Positions 12,800 to 26,600 of a stretch of 64,000 nt of DNA are shown here, piece by piece. A program made the position numbers and the translations under genes. How positions within the stretch are numbered: the stretch's first letter is position 1; the number at the start of each line of letters is the position of its first letter. The notes below the pieces were generated by a model. The model searched no databases, was not told the DNA's origin, and worked only from the letters and a program-made list of their open reading frames with translations. The DNA is from Azolla caroliniana (taxonomy: Eukaryota; Plantae; Polypodiophyta). Location of the stretch: positions 65,461-129,460 of the forward strand of contig JBHGNT010000069.1 in assembly GCA_043228905.1 (NCBI GenBank), written 5' to 3'.

Positions 12800-13800
12800 A
12801 GGTGTGTGTTGTCGTTATTTTAAATTAAGAAACCCTCAAGGCTTCCTCAATTGCATGGAGTAGTGAGGTAAGTGCTTTATGATGTTGATGCATGGAATGG
12901 GATTTGTCATTGGGGAGTGTCACAATCCCTTGGTTAGTGCACCATGAGGAAGGCAACTTTTGAAGACTTCGTAGTCACCCTTGGGTGTGCAACATTGTAA
13001 TGTATGAGTCATGTTGGCTTTTAGAGAAACTCAACTCACTTGAACCTTTGGATTAGACAAAGATAAAGCTACGATAATTGAGGAGAGAGATTCAAGGAAG
13101 AAATCATTGGCTCTACAAATGAAGAGATCAAGAAATAAGTGGCCAAATGGGGGAGTGTCTTGTCTGGTATGTACTTAACACCCTTTGCCACAAGTTACTT
13201 CAACTCAACCTTTGAACATAATGGGTTTTTGGATTAGAAGCCAACCAATACTATGTATCATAGACTATTATGTAATCATGCTTAGTTACATATGCAAGTG
13301 TCAAAATGTTTGGAAAATGAGAAAGATGGGGCCTCAAAGGCCAAACATTTTTTAGAGTGGGTGGCATCATGGTCTCCCTTTTTGGGAATAAAGTATTCAT
13401 TTGGCGGCTTATTGTCAACAATTTGCCAATGCCAATGCCTTACAAATATGGCAAATGAGAAAGATAAAGGCATGGTGGCTATGAGTCAGTGATAAAGGGT
13501 TCCACTACCATATGTTTTTAAGGTAATGTGTCATGTGGTGAGTTATGGTTACCATGGCTTACAAAAGTGATATAATTGCAATGGCATGTCCTTCTAATGT
13601 CTCCTCAATACATGACATTGAGAGTTTCTTTGTTTTTCAATAGGTTGACACATTTTTTCATATTTATGCTTCGTATGGTTTCCCTTGACAATTATTTGCC
13701 TAGGGGAGGACTTGTATATCATCTTGAAAGTATATTTGTGTTTTTAAATCAATTTGATTTTGCTAGTCATGGTATCATTGGGGCCTGGGGTGTGTGAAAT
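12800..13800 (+). mobile_element. Highly degenerate LINE ORF2 C-terminal remnant
   Basis: 13388-13431 translates to NKVFIWRLIVNNLP, resembling the zf-RVT motif of plant L1 elements. No long ORF; boundaries are approximate. Confidence 0.45.
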
Positions 13801-14948
13801 ACATTCCATTTTTATGGAAAACATGGCTTTGTTGAACCTTTTTTTCCATTATTTGTCATTAAATGCAATCTTAGTTAGAAAGTGCATATTCCTTGGCTAT
13901 TTGCATCTGTGCAATGTTATGAATACCTACAACACGATGGGGAATGGTTTATTTTCAGGCAAACCATATTCTATTGTCGATGTAACATTTCCTTTATGAA
14001 CCAACTTTCCTCTACACCATCAATAATAGTGTCATAGGGCTTTTCAATGGAGATCTAAGTACTTATTTGTATAACCCAATCACTCACAAAAAATATACTT
14101 CATTGTTGGGTAGATTTCATATGTACCAACATTTTGTGTTGTGCATTGATGCCTATATTATTCTTAAATATTTAGGTGAGCTTGTTAGGACATGTCTTTA
14201 ACTCGGTGCAAATGGCATGGATGATGTGTTCATGTACATACTTTGGCCTAGGATGAGTTACACAACTAAAAGGGTGTGTGAGCATAGGGTTAATGTGTTT
14301 TGAGATTCCCATTTGAACGATATTAAGAAACTAAAGATAATGTACGAGTCTTCTTTAGGGTGGGGATTTATCACGATAGGAATTTTGCTTGTATTATATT
14401 CAGATTAAAGATGAGGATTCATATGAATGGTTATTGATAAGGAGAGAGAGTTACTCAACCATGTGCATTACCCAAACTAACATCCTAATATCCCTTATAA
14501 CGATAGGCATTGATTATGAAATGAATCCTTTGAGCAACCAATCTTATTCATGCGAATGATGATGTGATTTGCAAAAGTTAGTTGCCATTGGCATGTTATT
14601 CATTGTTGGTGTTGCTAGTAGATATATAGTGAGAATTTAGGAAGCTTGAATACTTGTGCTTTGATTGTTGGGCCTTTTTTTATCGAGGGGAAGAATCAAC
14701 GTGCTAATTCATGTTAGAAGCAAAATGGTCAATTAAAAATGATAAGAGTCTATAATTGAAAAACAACTAAGCAAAACAAATTATCAAGTTACTTGAAGCA
14801 GCTTGGTAATGTATTACTACATTAAATTATTAGGGTATTATAGACTTAATTTCCTTAGTGAAACATAGGGACAAACTCATGATAGACCAATGTGGAGATG
14901 TCTCTATAGCAAGAAAAGTGTCTAGTATTTGTAAATGTGTTCCTTGTA

Positions 14949-15620
14949 TTTTTTTTTTCCCAAAAAAACATCTACTTCCATTAGTTAAGAATGTACAAAG
15001 GAATCATTTACAACTCATATCTTACAAGACATCTTGCATGTCAAAGAAAAACAATGTGTAGATGAAACAACATAAAAAAAACAACTCCAAAACACCACAT
15101 CATTCTATGTGTATAGCATTACTCGAACACATATTCTCCACGTGAGCCTCATACAAAACAGAATTCAGCATAGATGTCCTCCATTTGCTCCTCATGGCAG
15201 CACCCATCTAGATGTTAGGAACACTTGGAGGGAACAGCCACCGCGGTGGTTGATAATTCCACTTCACTTTACCATCCAGTATCTGCAGCATCGGCGAACC
15301 GCTCCATTTCCGAAGGAATCGAGCTCTAGCTTCTTCACTTGCATCAGATGGCCCTTGAAGACTTTCAAACTCACCTCGCAACGTAGAAATAAGATTAAAC
15401 CAGATCATCATTAAATTCTCAGCCGGTGGGGTTCGTTTACCTGCGAGGGTCTCCTTGCACCGAGATACCCACACTTGCCAGACCGTAAGGCCGACCACTA
15501 ATACCCATATGTCCACGTAGCGTTCCTGTAAGAAGAATAAACCTCCTTGCGTTGCTGGTTGCACAGATCCTTGCTTCACCATTAAAGAAGGATTGTTTCC
15601 ACAATGCCTTCAAAAGGGGA
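14949..15620 (-). mobile_element. 5'-truncated L1-like LINE 3' end (copy B)
   Basis: ORF 15208-15582 (IWVLVVGLTVWQVWVSRCKE...WNYQPPRWLFPP), then a 3' UTR and a poly(A) tail (T-run at ~14949-14958 on +). Colinear with copy A. Confidence 0.75.
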
Positions 15621-16708
15621 ATACTATCATTTTTAACCATTAGGTGACTTTGTGGCAAAGAGGAGAGATAGAGAAGAAGCATTGGTCACAACTATTTAGA
15701 ATAAGAGAGGTTAAATTTGCAAGTTATATGAATTAATGTTGGATCTCATCATTCCAAGATAGCATTGCACAAAGGCCAAAGGAGCATCACAAATTTATGA
15801 TGAGAATCATCACCCATGCCCACCTCGACATTGAAATTTGGAAGTATAAAACATAATGTTTACGAAAGCTAACAATAAAAAATAGTTGCCTAGTGATATA
15901 CGTATACTTTGTTAATGTCAACTTGACAACCACTACACTTGCATGCTTATCACATTTTGCCATTGACTTTGTTTCCTTCTTAATGTTGGGTTGATCCATG
16001 GCATTGACGAGGTTTTAAAGTAAAAGGCACAATCCATAAAATCTACAAATAAGAGCACAATGATGGGACGAGCAACATCATTCTCGATGTAAATTGCAGT
16101 CGTTACAATGGCAATAACTTTTGTGAGTTGATGCATGCATGTTTCTAGTGTATTTCCATTTTGTTATAGAGGGCATTGTAAGTGCAATCTTGTGTATGAT
16201 ATATGGATATATGTATGGACAAGGGCATGATGAGCCAAGTGTCAATCGTGCTCAACTTAGAGCTAGAGGGCGAGGCGAGATTGGATAAGACTGTGCACCT
16301 TATGTGCTCCCTCCTCAAGAACCACGACGATAAGTGAAGAATGGCCACCATGTATGCCATCTTAGGCAAGGTAGCAATGTTGAAAACATATTGGTTGCTC
16401 CTTGCTCGATTCATGGAATGTCTGCCGTGCTCACCAATTTGTCTCGAGGCCACATGAAGAAGGTGGGAGGTATGACAGGCATTGTAAGCATAGTGAGGTA
16501 CAAGCAGAGTTGTATCGCAAACAGACGAGACGGGACAAGACAGGACAAAACAGGGCCATGAGTACACACGATAGAATGTCCGACAAACGTGTGAGACAAT
16601 GTTAAAGAGCCATGATCCATCCATGGTACTAGTGAAATCCTAATTTAGTTAAAGAAAATTATTGTTGGTGAATGAAACCCCCCGTGTCGTTTTGTTGCCG
16701 TGTGAAAG

Positions 16709-16716
16709 AAACCCTA
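16709..16716 (+). promoter_or_regulatory. Telo-box-like motif upstream of RPL1
   Basis: AAACCCTA about 110 bp upstream of the ATG. Telo-boxes are common in plant translation-machinery genes. Confidence 0.5.
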
Positions 16717-16825
16717 GCAAAACCTCGGGCATTTCTGGCTATGGCGACTCTCTCCTTCGCCTTCTTCCTCTGACACAATCGATCGCTTCATCGTCCTGTC
16801 TCGCATCTTCCCTTCCTTCTTAGCG

Positions 16826-19800
16826 ATGGCACTACTTCATCGTCTCGCTCGCCAGACCTTGATCTTTCGTCGCCTCTCGCATCCTAGCCCCCTCCCTTTC
16901 TCCACTGACAGAAACCCTAACCCTAATTCCAATAAACGAGAAGAAGAAGAAGAAGCAGGTTTTTCTATACCTATCGTCTCTTACGAGCCATTACCGGAGG
17001 ATGGATCAATTCCTCCTCCTCCTCGCAGGCGAGACAGAAGAGACGATATAATTATTTCTGCAGACGCGATAGCCGCAGACAGAGAGCTTTCTCCAAGCTT
17101 CTCCTCAAGTGTTATACCTGCTGCGTACGAGGTTAAGCCGAAAGTTGCTCCACTTCCTGAGTATAGACCTCAGGAAGAAGAACAGGTTTCTTCTATTGAC
17201 AGGAAAACCCCTGGTCGGCCTAAGATTCCAAGATTCCATAGCTTCGTTGCAGAAGATGACCTTAATATACCTTTGCCGTCCAAAGTGAAGGTTGAGACCA
17301 AGCCTCGCCCTGATCCAATCAGTCTGGTTGAAGCTATTCGCCAAGTCAAGGTACCTTTCGTTTGTATGTCTTATATAGATGCTTGTTTTATTATGCGTCG
17401 AACTGGTGATGGAAAGAGTTGCTTGGTAAGGACTCAGAATGTATCCAGAAATAATGGGAAAGAGGTTTATATGTAAGGATTCTTAGATGAATGTAAAAAT
17501 GACGATGTGGAGGGCATGTATAAGGATTCTTGGATGTTATAGCAATGATGATGTGAAAAAGGTTATTTGATAGAGGATTCTAGTATGTACATAGACGTGG
17601 TACTGGAAATGAGGTTCATTGCAAGAAAAGGTTATTGGACGTAAGTAGAAGTTGTGATGGGAAATATGTTATTTTTAAGGATTTTTCTATGTATGTACAA
17701 ATGTTCACTTTTTTATCATATTTTTGCAAAGGTTGACCTTGTGATCCGTCTGTGTTTCACTCTATAACAAAGTTATTAAGATATGATTAGCACAGGGGCC
17801 AGAGGTGTTACTCAATTGAATGGAGGGGCTTTCTCCAAACCCAAAATAAGCCTTCCAGTTTATTTGTGTTCGGCTTTGTTTGACGGGCAGGTGTGTGTAT
17901 CTGCAAATTGCATGAGGCACGGCATACATGCACCCACCTTTAATATCAATGCCAGAGATTTGACTCTATTTAAAGGATTATTTCTTGAGATGAGGCCCTA
18001 CATATGAAGTGAGGTTTATCCATGTCCCACGGATGCTATAAAAGGGAAACACTTGGTGTTACCTTTGAAAATGCTAGTGCTGTGATTAATGCAGAACCAT
18101 ACAATTGCCACAAAGAGGGAGTGTGTATCTGCAAATTGCATGAGGCACGGCATACATGCACCCACCTTTAATATCAATGCCAGAGATTTGACTCTATTTA
18201 AAGGATTATTTCTTGAGATGAGGCCCTACATATGAAGTGAGGTTTATCCATGTCCCACGGATGCTATAAAAGGGAAACACTTGGTGTTACCTTTGAAAAT
18301 GCTAGTGCTGTGATTAATGCAGAACCATACAATTGCCACAAAGAGGGAGTGCAACTTTCAAGGTTACTGAGAGGAATGTACAATAGGGTAAATGGCTAAT
18401 ATATATTGCAATGAACTCTCAAGTTTATTGCCAGAGTTCAGACCCTAGTCCTCTGGCCTATGCCTGTTTATATGATCCACCATGTGCCAATGATCTTATC
18501 AATGGTATTCACAGATCCTCTAATGTATAAAAAACTGTATTCTGGTAGCATTCTTGAACTTGACAAGCACTTGCACACTCTTCATGGATAAAATCTTCTC
18601 TTATGTTTTACATATCAGGAAAAAGCAAAAGCTAAGTTTGATGAAACTGTTGAAGCTGCGATTCGGCTGGGCATAGATCCAAAACGATCTGATCAGGTTT
18701 TACTACTTTCCGATGATTAACTTCAGACCATTGGTGCAGTTTGAATTTGATCAAGAAACATGGTCAACGCAAAACATTTCTTTTTTACAGCTAGTTCGAG
18801 GTGCGGCTACTCTACCACGCGGTAGAGGGAAGGTTTGCTGCCTGAACCTTACATGGATAATTCTCCATCATGTGTGCATTGAAGATTAATGCTGATAATC
18901 TTTGTGCATTCTTTGCAATAGACTGTGAGGGTGGCGGTGTTCGCAGAAGATGATGAAGCTGAAGAAGCAAGATCTGCTGGTGCAGACCTTGTTGGAGCTG
19001 AAGAGCTTATTGATAAGATACTGCAAAGTAAGGAATTCTTACCTTTGGAACCTCAATTTAGCTACTGTATTTTGTCTTTACCAGGGCAGTTATATAACAG
19101 ATGATTGTGCTGTGGCACAGAAAATCTTCAGGTGGCGGCAAGCTTGAGTTTGACAAATGTTTGGCTACCCCTGCAATGATGCCCAGGCTTAGCAAGGTAA
19201 GTATGTGCTTAATGTTTTGCAGTGGCGTTTCTAAAAGTCTATGCCACTGTATGCCAAATTGAGTTACATTAGATATCGGATGCAAAATTAAGAGTGTTGA
19301 AGTGCTTTATTCGCTGTTGTATAATCTCACAAAGTCAATTTAGTGTCTTTATCCCTGATGTTGAATTGTTGTTGGCACAGCTGAGAAATATGTGCTTTTG
19401 GTATTAGCAGTCTCCAATATTATGTCTTCTGAATTTTCTTTTGAAGGGAGTTTGTTTGCAAGAGCTGTATGTTCTTGGTTGATTTGTTTCTGATATATAT
19501 TTTTACTAACTTCATGCCATGTGCAGGTTGCTCGGATTCTGGGACCACGAGGTTTGATGCCTAATCCAAAGGTGAATATTTATATAGTTTGACAGTATTA
19601 TTTTGTCATCTGTCTATTGCATTGCTATGTTGAAACGTTTCGGTCCTACACAAATGCGATTGAAGTCTAACTTATGATTGTCAAGGAAGGATAAAGAAGT
19701 AGTAAAAAAATACTGGAGTTCTCATTGAGAATGTGTTCTCACGTACGTGCAATATCGATTATCATTTATGCTTGTCTTATTTATTGGGGGTCTGTTTTTC

Positions 19801-21160
19801 GTTGGCATAGAAGCTTAGAAACATAGAATCTAGTCCGGAGTGGCTATGATCCCCCAACATAACATGCATAATGCCTTGGCTAACATGCAGAAATGTATAC
19901 CATGATTTCTCCATTCCTTTAAATCACTAGAGCTGAAGCTGTGGTCAAGGACCATGAGAATAATCGGGGAAAGTTCAAGGAGACCTGAGGGATTTTCTGA
20001 AGTGAAGACTTCATGACGGGATGATAGATAAAGGTACAGTCCAATGCATATAGAGACATATGGTGTATTGCATTAGGCAAACACAGCTTGAGGCTATTTA
20101 ACATATGTGCTATCCCTGTCATATTTTTCATCAAATATATTGATGCAAATCGCTGAAGGTTCGATTAAATGTGATGTGACCTATCTTGAGATTTTTTTAG
20201 TAAAATGGAAACTTAGGTTCCTTAAAGTAGGCGTTTCTAAATGAAGGTGATATGGAAGGAAAACATTAAGGTCAGAACATTGAAGCATACAAGATAAAAC
20301 ATACATATAGGTCGTACGCAAATTTGGAAATTTACTTTATGGAAAATTTCTTTTATGCTTTTTTGTAATAGGTTTTGTTCCAGTTTAATTGCATTTACAT
20401 CATGTTGATGGCATCTCCTTTTATTGTTGAATGTTACTTTGTAGGTTGGTACTGTGACGAAGGACGTAGCTAAGTCAGTAAGAAGTCTGAAGGAAGGTAG
20501 AGTAGATTTTCGAGCAGATAAGACTGGAATTGTACATGCAGGAATTGGAAAGGTGCGGTTTCAATTTGTTTAGTGAAGTGCATATTTTTATCTATACTCT
20601 TGTGGTACACATTCATTATATATTTTCATTCTAAGCATTACTAATGGCTAATTAATCCACCATGAGGGATTGAGGCTGTGAAGAGAATGTGTATAATTTT
20701 TACCAGTTGCTATTGACATTAATTTTTGGAAGAACAATATTTAATAGGTGAGTTTCAATGAGGATGCTTTGCAAGAAAACATCGCAGCATTTGCAAATGC
20801 TGTTCTTGCTGCCAAACCTGCAGGTTTAAAAAAGAGTAAGTAGTAAAAGAAAACATGGGTTCACCCTTACATATCTCTCAACCTTTGTTGCACTTGTGAA
20901 GTTGGTATACTTACATTTTGAGTACACAACTGTTTGCAGCCTCAAAATATGCAGGATATATGCTCACTTTCACAATATCGTCAACGGTAATGACAAAGAA
21001 CTTACAATATGTGCATAAGCTTTTATGATTACTAATAGTTGAACATTATTTTGATTATATATTTCCATAATTTCAGATGGGCCCAGGGATTCGAGTAGCA
21101 ATACCTTCTATTTCACAAGCTGTTGATAACTATTCAAAGATGTTGGGTGTCCCTCAATAG
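16826..21160 (+). CDS. RPL1: Organellar (probably mitochondrial) ribosomal protein L1, 10 exons
   Basis: GT-AG exons 16826-17350, 18619-18696, 18791-18832, 18922-19027, 19132-19196, 19527-19571, 20445-20552, 20748-20835, 20940-20986 and 21077-21160. They give [61 protein letters not shown] and SSTMGPG. The Arg-rich presequence [18 protein letters not shown] suggests mitochondrial targeting. Confidence 0.93.
17893..18351. repeat. Near-perfect 228-bp tandem duplication in RPL1 intron 1
   Basis: GTGTGTATCTGCAAATTGCATGAGGC... starts at 17893 and again at 18121. Confidence 0.9.
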
Positions 21161-21809
21161 GGAAATATAAAATAATTCACTGGACTACTGCTACATTGAT
21201 TGAGGCTCTATTCCTCCAAAGTGACAAAATTGGATTACTTTTTTGTTGAGGAGTTTCTCATAAGTGTGTCACAGTTCTAATGGCCCGCTTAGGTTCTACT
21301 TTATTTGAATAAATTGACTACAGTGTCATGTAATTCTAGTGTTGTATTGCTTTGTGTTAGTACAATCAGAGGTTCAAGCAACATGTCAGAAGTCTGTATA
21401 ATGCTGGAATTTATGACAAGAGACCTGAGCAATATAACAAGGTAATGCTAGTAATTATATGAGAAACAATTTGTACTAACTCTTATCTACAAGCAGTTTT
21501 CGGTGACATGGAAATTGGGAGGAATCAAGCCAAAATTTAGGAAGAGATATGCTGTGTTATTTTCATGAACATTATCAGTTGCAATTTATCTATTAAATTG
21601 GGGCTTTTCTTCTTCATCTTCTTCTCTGGTATGTAAACGAAGAGTCGTGGTTTGTGTATAAGGATGTTTATTTGAACATGCTCATTTCCAGATCATATTT
21701 TACATTTTCATTTTGTAATGCCAAGTTAAAATTTGACCAGCATTTGGTAACACTAAGTTTCAGTTATGATATAATCCACTGTGCCTGCCCTTGATGAAAG
21801 ATATAAATA

Positions 21810-22092
21810 GGGAAAAGTACCAAGATACCCCTAGAAGTTCGTCTATTTACCAAAATGCCCCTAAAAGTTCCAAATTTACCAAACTACCCCTATGTCCAAA
21901 AAAAATACTTTATAAAGTAATTATACACTCAAATCTTTGGTAAATAGGGCTAGTTCGAGTCCATTTCTTCCATCTTTGATAAATAGGGCTTCTAGATTTG
22001 AGTGCATAATTACTTTATAAAGTGTAATTTTTTGGACATAGGGGTAGTTTGGTAAATAGACGAACTTCTAGGGGTATCCTGGTACTTTTCCC
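21810..22092. mobile_element. Fold-back MITE (Mutator-like)
   Basis: Long terminal inverted repeats GGGAAAAGTACCAAGATACCCCTAGAAGTTCGTCTATTTACCAAA ... TTTGGTAAATAGACGAACTTCTAGGGGTATCCTGGTACTTTTCCC. Flanks ATATAAATA / TATAAAATA resemble an imperfect 8-9 bp TSD. Confidence 0.8.
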
Positions 22093-23627
22093 TATAAAAT
22101 ATCCTCTTATGATTATTTATGCATGAACTAGTTACTAATTTGGAGAATGAGATTTATGTAATGATATTTCATGCTATAGATAATATTTATCTGTGTCTGA
22201 TGAGCTACATTGGAATTACTTTTTTGACAAATAGACCAATTTGGGCACTTGTGTGAACATGTGTTTAATTTAGGTAAAACTTAGTTTAGTCACTGCCATC
22301 ATGTGGAATTGGTACTGTAGCTTTTTATTTTCTATGGACAATATTTATTTTCGTTTGGTGAGCCAAAGTACCATCACTTTTTGGTCGAATAGCCCCATTT
22401 TTGTGTGAGTTCGTGTTTAGTTTAGGTGTAACTTACTTCCACTCAGTCATTACTATTGTGAAATGCACAAAGGTACACCACACTATCGTAGCTTGTTTTT
22501 TTCTTGTATAATGTTTGGATGTAACCTATTTCCATCCATTACTGTGTGAACAGAGCTACCATGTAGAATTACCACCATAGCTAGGCTGTGTATTCGCCTG
22601 TGAATGTGCCTCTTGTACCTAGGCTGTGCATCTCCATCTTATTTGATGGATGATAGAGAGCTTTGGTATGACTGGGTCACTGGATTGTAAAACATTTATC
22701 GAATTATTTTCATACATAAATATATAGCCATGCAGTTTAAAACACAGCATCAGTGAACTACCACAATGCCACATTGTAGATAATCGTTGTTTACAGTATT
22801 ATGATCATATCATAATAATATATCCATAATCAGAACACAACCATTATGGATATATTTTGGTTGCTCATTATTGCTCGTGGTCAAGTTCTCCTAAAACCAT
22901 CATATACATGGGTAAAATAATTATAGCCAGGTTACTCATTGTATCAATGACAGTAGCTCTAAGATTAAAACATATGGATCAGACTGGAGCCTGTAGATAA
23001 TTTAATGGATTGATTAATACGAGTTTACTAACTTTACATGATTTTTCTTTTAAATGTGAGCATGAAGGCAAACCTCCAAGGCCATAAAATTAGCCAATAG
23101 AGATATATTGAACTGGTTTATAGATTTTCAGCAAAGCACAAACTTTACTTGTTCGTCACAAGGATGATAAACCAACAAAAAATCAAATCAGCTCGTTAAG
23201 CAATGTTATCCTAATTCAAACAATTTGCTGAATGGCATAGGTGAGTATTTATGGGATACAAATCTTCCGAGAATACACTACCTTCTTTGGTTTTAATTAA
23301 ATGTTACAAACCAACCCTTAGCAAATATATGGTCTCCTTTCAATAGAACCAGTCTTTGTTGCTCATTACCAAACCTATATCAAGTTTAAACAGATTTCTA
23401 ACAAACCGAACCTGTTGCAACCTGCCCAAATCATTGAAATAATCATTCATCAGCTTGCTATAAAAGGCTGCTCTCAATCCAGGGGTGTTGCAATGGCATG
23501 TTAGAAGACCCATGCTAATGTCTTACACTGTATGGATGAGTGCATGAATCATTTGAGAGACTAAAGATATGGAATCGAAAACTGGCAAATCCTTCTCCTT
23601 TATCAACTTTTCCCACTGTTGGAAATT

Positions 23628-26600
23628 CTAGATATCAAGAAGTGCAATACCTGCCTTCTTCAAATGCGGAAGTACCTTTTCTGCAACTTGGTTGATCTCT
23701 TCTTCTCTCTCTTCAAGAAGTTCTTGATAAGCATTCTCCAATTTGCCCTCAGGGTCCATATCCACAGCTGCATCGAGATGTGCTGACCCTGCATCTGTTT
23801 TCTTGGCTACACCATCATGAGTATCCATAGGTGATTGCTTGACCTTGAACATTACAAACGTCCGAGAGCTATCATATTCATTTTCTACATCAACCAATTG
23901 CTTATGTTTTCCCACGTTGGAACTCTTTGAGCTTCCGAAGACTTCAGTCTTCACAAATGATGATATCAAACTCCGGAACACTGCTACAGCTTCATTGCCT
24001 CTATGCATCATATGGAGATAAATGAGCACTTGCCAACAGTACAGAAACTGCAGTTTGCAAATTTTTAACCCTTGCTTCACTTTCTCAACAAGGTCATGTG
24101 ATGGCATCCATTCCCGAGGATTTGTGAGGACTGATTGTGGCTTATAATTTAGCAATTTTCTAAGAACATCATACAATCCTAATCTTACTGGCTCAAATGT
24201 TATTAGACGCATTGTATCCATACACTCCCTAACAACTTGTAGATCATTAGATGGCTCCTCCATAGTAACCTCAAAGCTACCTCGCTCCAATGCTGTTTTG
24301 TAAACTGCTTCCAAGAGGTAGACACCATTTTGCTGATGTTGATAAGGGGGAAGAACGAGGATCTAAATGCAGCACAACATTTAATCAAAATTATGGAAGA
24401 TTCTAACAATGGACGATTAAATTTGATCAGGAGTCTAATATTGATAACTTGCCTGGCTAACACGAAGCCTCGTGCTGTCAGGATATCTGAAGAATCTGTA
24501 TACAGTACAAAAGCCAACTAATCTCCACTGGCTCGCAAGCTCACTTGATTCCTTCTCTAAGCACACATACACCTCCCACCTCGGATCTTTCTTGTCAATG
24601 GGCGTTGCAGCTATTAAGAAACCCTTATATTAGATCTTAAATTTACAGATTACGAAAGCCCTTAACTCACACAAATTAATCTAGAATAGTTTGTATTTAC
24701 ACCTACCCCAGATATAAATAGAATGCCTAACGGATGAGAAATAGTGAAGGATTTATCAACGATATATAATATAAAGAGACTGCCAAACAGATGAAAATAA
24801 GAAATTTAAAGAAAAAATAGTAAAGGAAAACTAAATGAAAGGTATGCATACAAACCAAAAAGTACTATTCATTTCTTGAAATGGAGCAACATTCAATAAG
24901 CCAAAAAGTATGATTCATTTCTTGAAATGGAGCAACATTGAATAGACTTGCAGAATTATAGTTCAGCCTTTTACCAAACAATGATTCAAATCATTGCAAC
25001 TAAATGATTGCCTAAACAAAAAGTAGACACTAACAGCACGCAACATTAATTTGACTGAAATGTTCAATCTGAAATCAGTTTTGCACAGAACAAACTGAAT
25101 ATTCAAATTTGGACGATAGCTCTGCCATTATAGACGAGAAAGGTACACTTCAAAATATATCAAGATAAGTTGCATACATCAACTGGAAAACTAACGTATG
25201 GGTTTCAATAGTTTGCAGGAGAACCAGGCAGAACAACCATTACCTTCAATGAAAAGAAGTGCTAAGGGTGTCAAACGTGAGTGCCAGTCATTGACTTCAC
25301 TCATGGTCAAATCATCCATCAAAAGAATCTGTAGGCAAAAAACGGGATCAATAACTTGATCAAACTCATTGTAATGAATATAACATAGTTCACCTCCAAG
25401 TTGATGGATAGACTTCATCGTTAGGTTCACTATTGCAAAATCGATAATGCAACTAATATCTAATGTCATATGTTGAATGTCTATTTCATTGTTAATATAC
25501 ATGCAATGCTATATTTTATGCGAGCATATCTTCACGTCAGGCAAATGTGTGTTGAATATTCAATTATATAATCTATTACATGTCAATTATTCAAGCAATA
25601 ATCAGATTTTGGGGAAGTTAACAAAAACTGAGCTCAATGTCCCAAAACCTTAGACATGATCATAACCACAGACACACTTCAGCTGCACTTGCCATAGATA
25701 TTTGGTGCATTGAATCAGATGCTTCTGATGCAAGCAGATAGAGCAGTAAGACTTTAGGCCCAGATTTCACAAACCAAATGCCTGTACGTTATCCACCATC
25801 AGAACCGTTCTTAAACATTTGGACTTTTTATTTGCATTTCTAATGTCAAAATCCCCAAATTTTGCACCTCAGGATCATTGATACTCTGATGAATTTCATA
25901 GCATGGATAAAAAATCCATTCAGATGTGAATTTATTCACATAAAACAACATCCTCTATACATATACAAAACAATATACATACAATATATATCACACAGTT
26001 TTAGAGCAATTGTTCCATATGATGTGAACTAGAGGCTTAAAATGACAATATTATGTATGTTTACTGAATATGAACTAGCTCTTTGAATCCATAAATAACT
26101 ACTGAGTTTCCAAAAAATTAAACTTTTTACGCCATTAAAATTCCCAGATATAAATTATTTCTCTTACCTCCTTTCCGACATCAGTAGAATCATGAGCTGC
26201 CTTGATCCAGCCTTTATTGGGCTCATTTGACATCTTCCAAGCAAATAACCTCTTCCCGTGCTGATGGATAACATCACTGCATTTTGCCAATCATTTAATA
26301 ATAACAATTCATTGAATAAATAATGGATATAACCATAGAACGTAATATACGTGTTCGTGCAAGCATTCAAACGTTTGAAAATGAACACGTTTGAAATGGG
26401 AAAAATGTGTGCTCCTTTTTTTTTATAAATTTCATTTATTGCCATTACAAATAGACTCACCCTAGTGATATGTTGTCATGCTACTGCTGTTTATGTCTTG
26501 GGTTCGATTCCCAATTTTCTCACCTTTCTCTCTCTAGTGTTATGTCATAGCAAAAATTTTATGTTAGTATCATTTTAGTTTTTTTTTTCTCCTTATTATT

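Noticed and set aside
5938-21160. RPL12 and RPL1 proximity as a relic of the bacterial L11-L1-L10-L12 operon
   Set aside because: The genes are divergently oriented 10 kb apart, appear targeted to different organelles, and RPL1 has nine spliceosomal introns. Coincidence is more likely.
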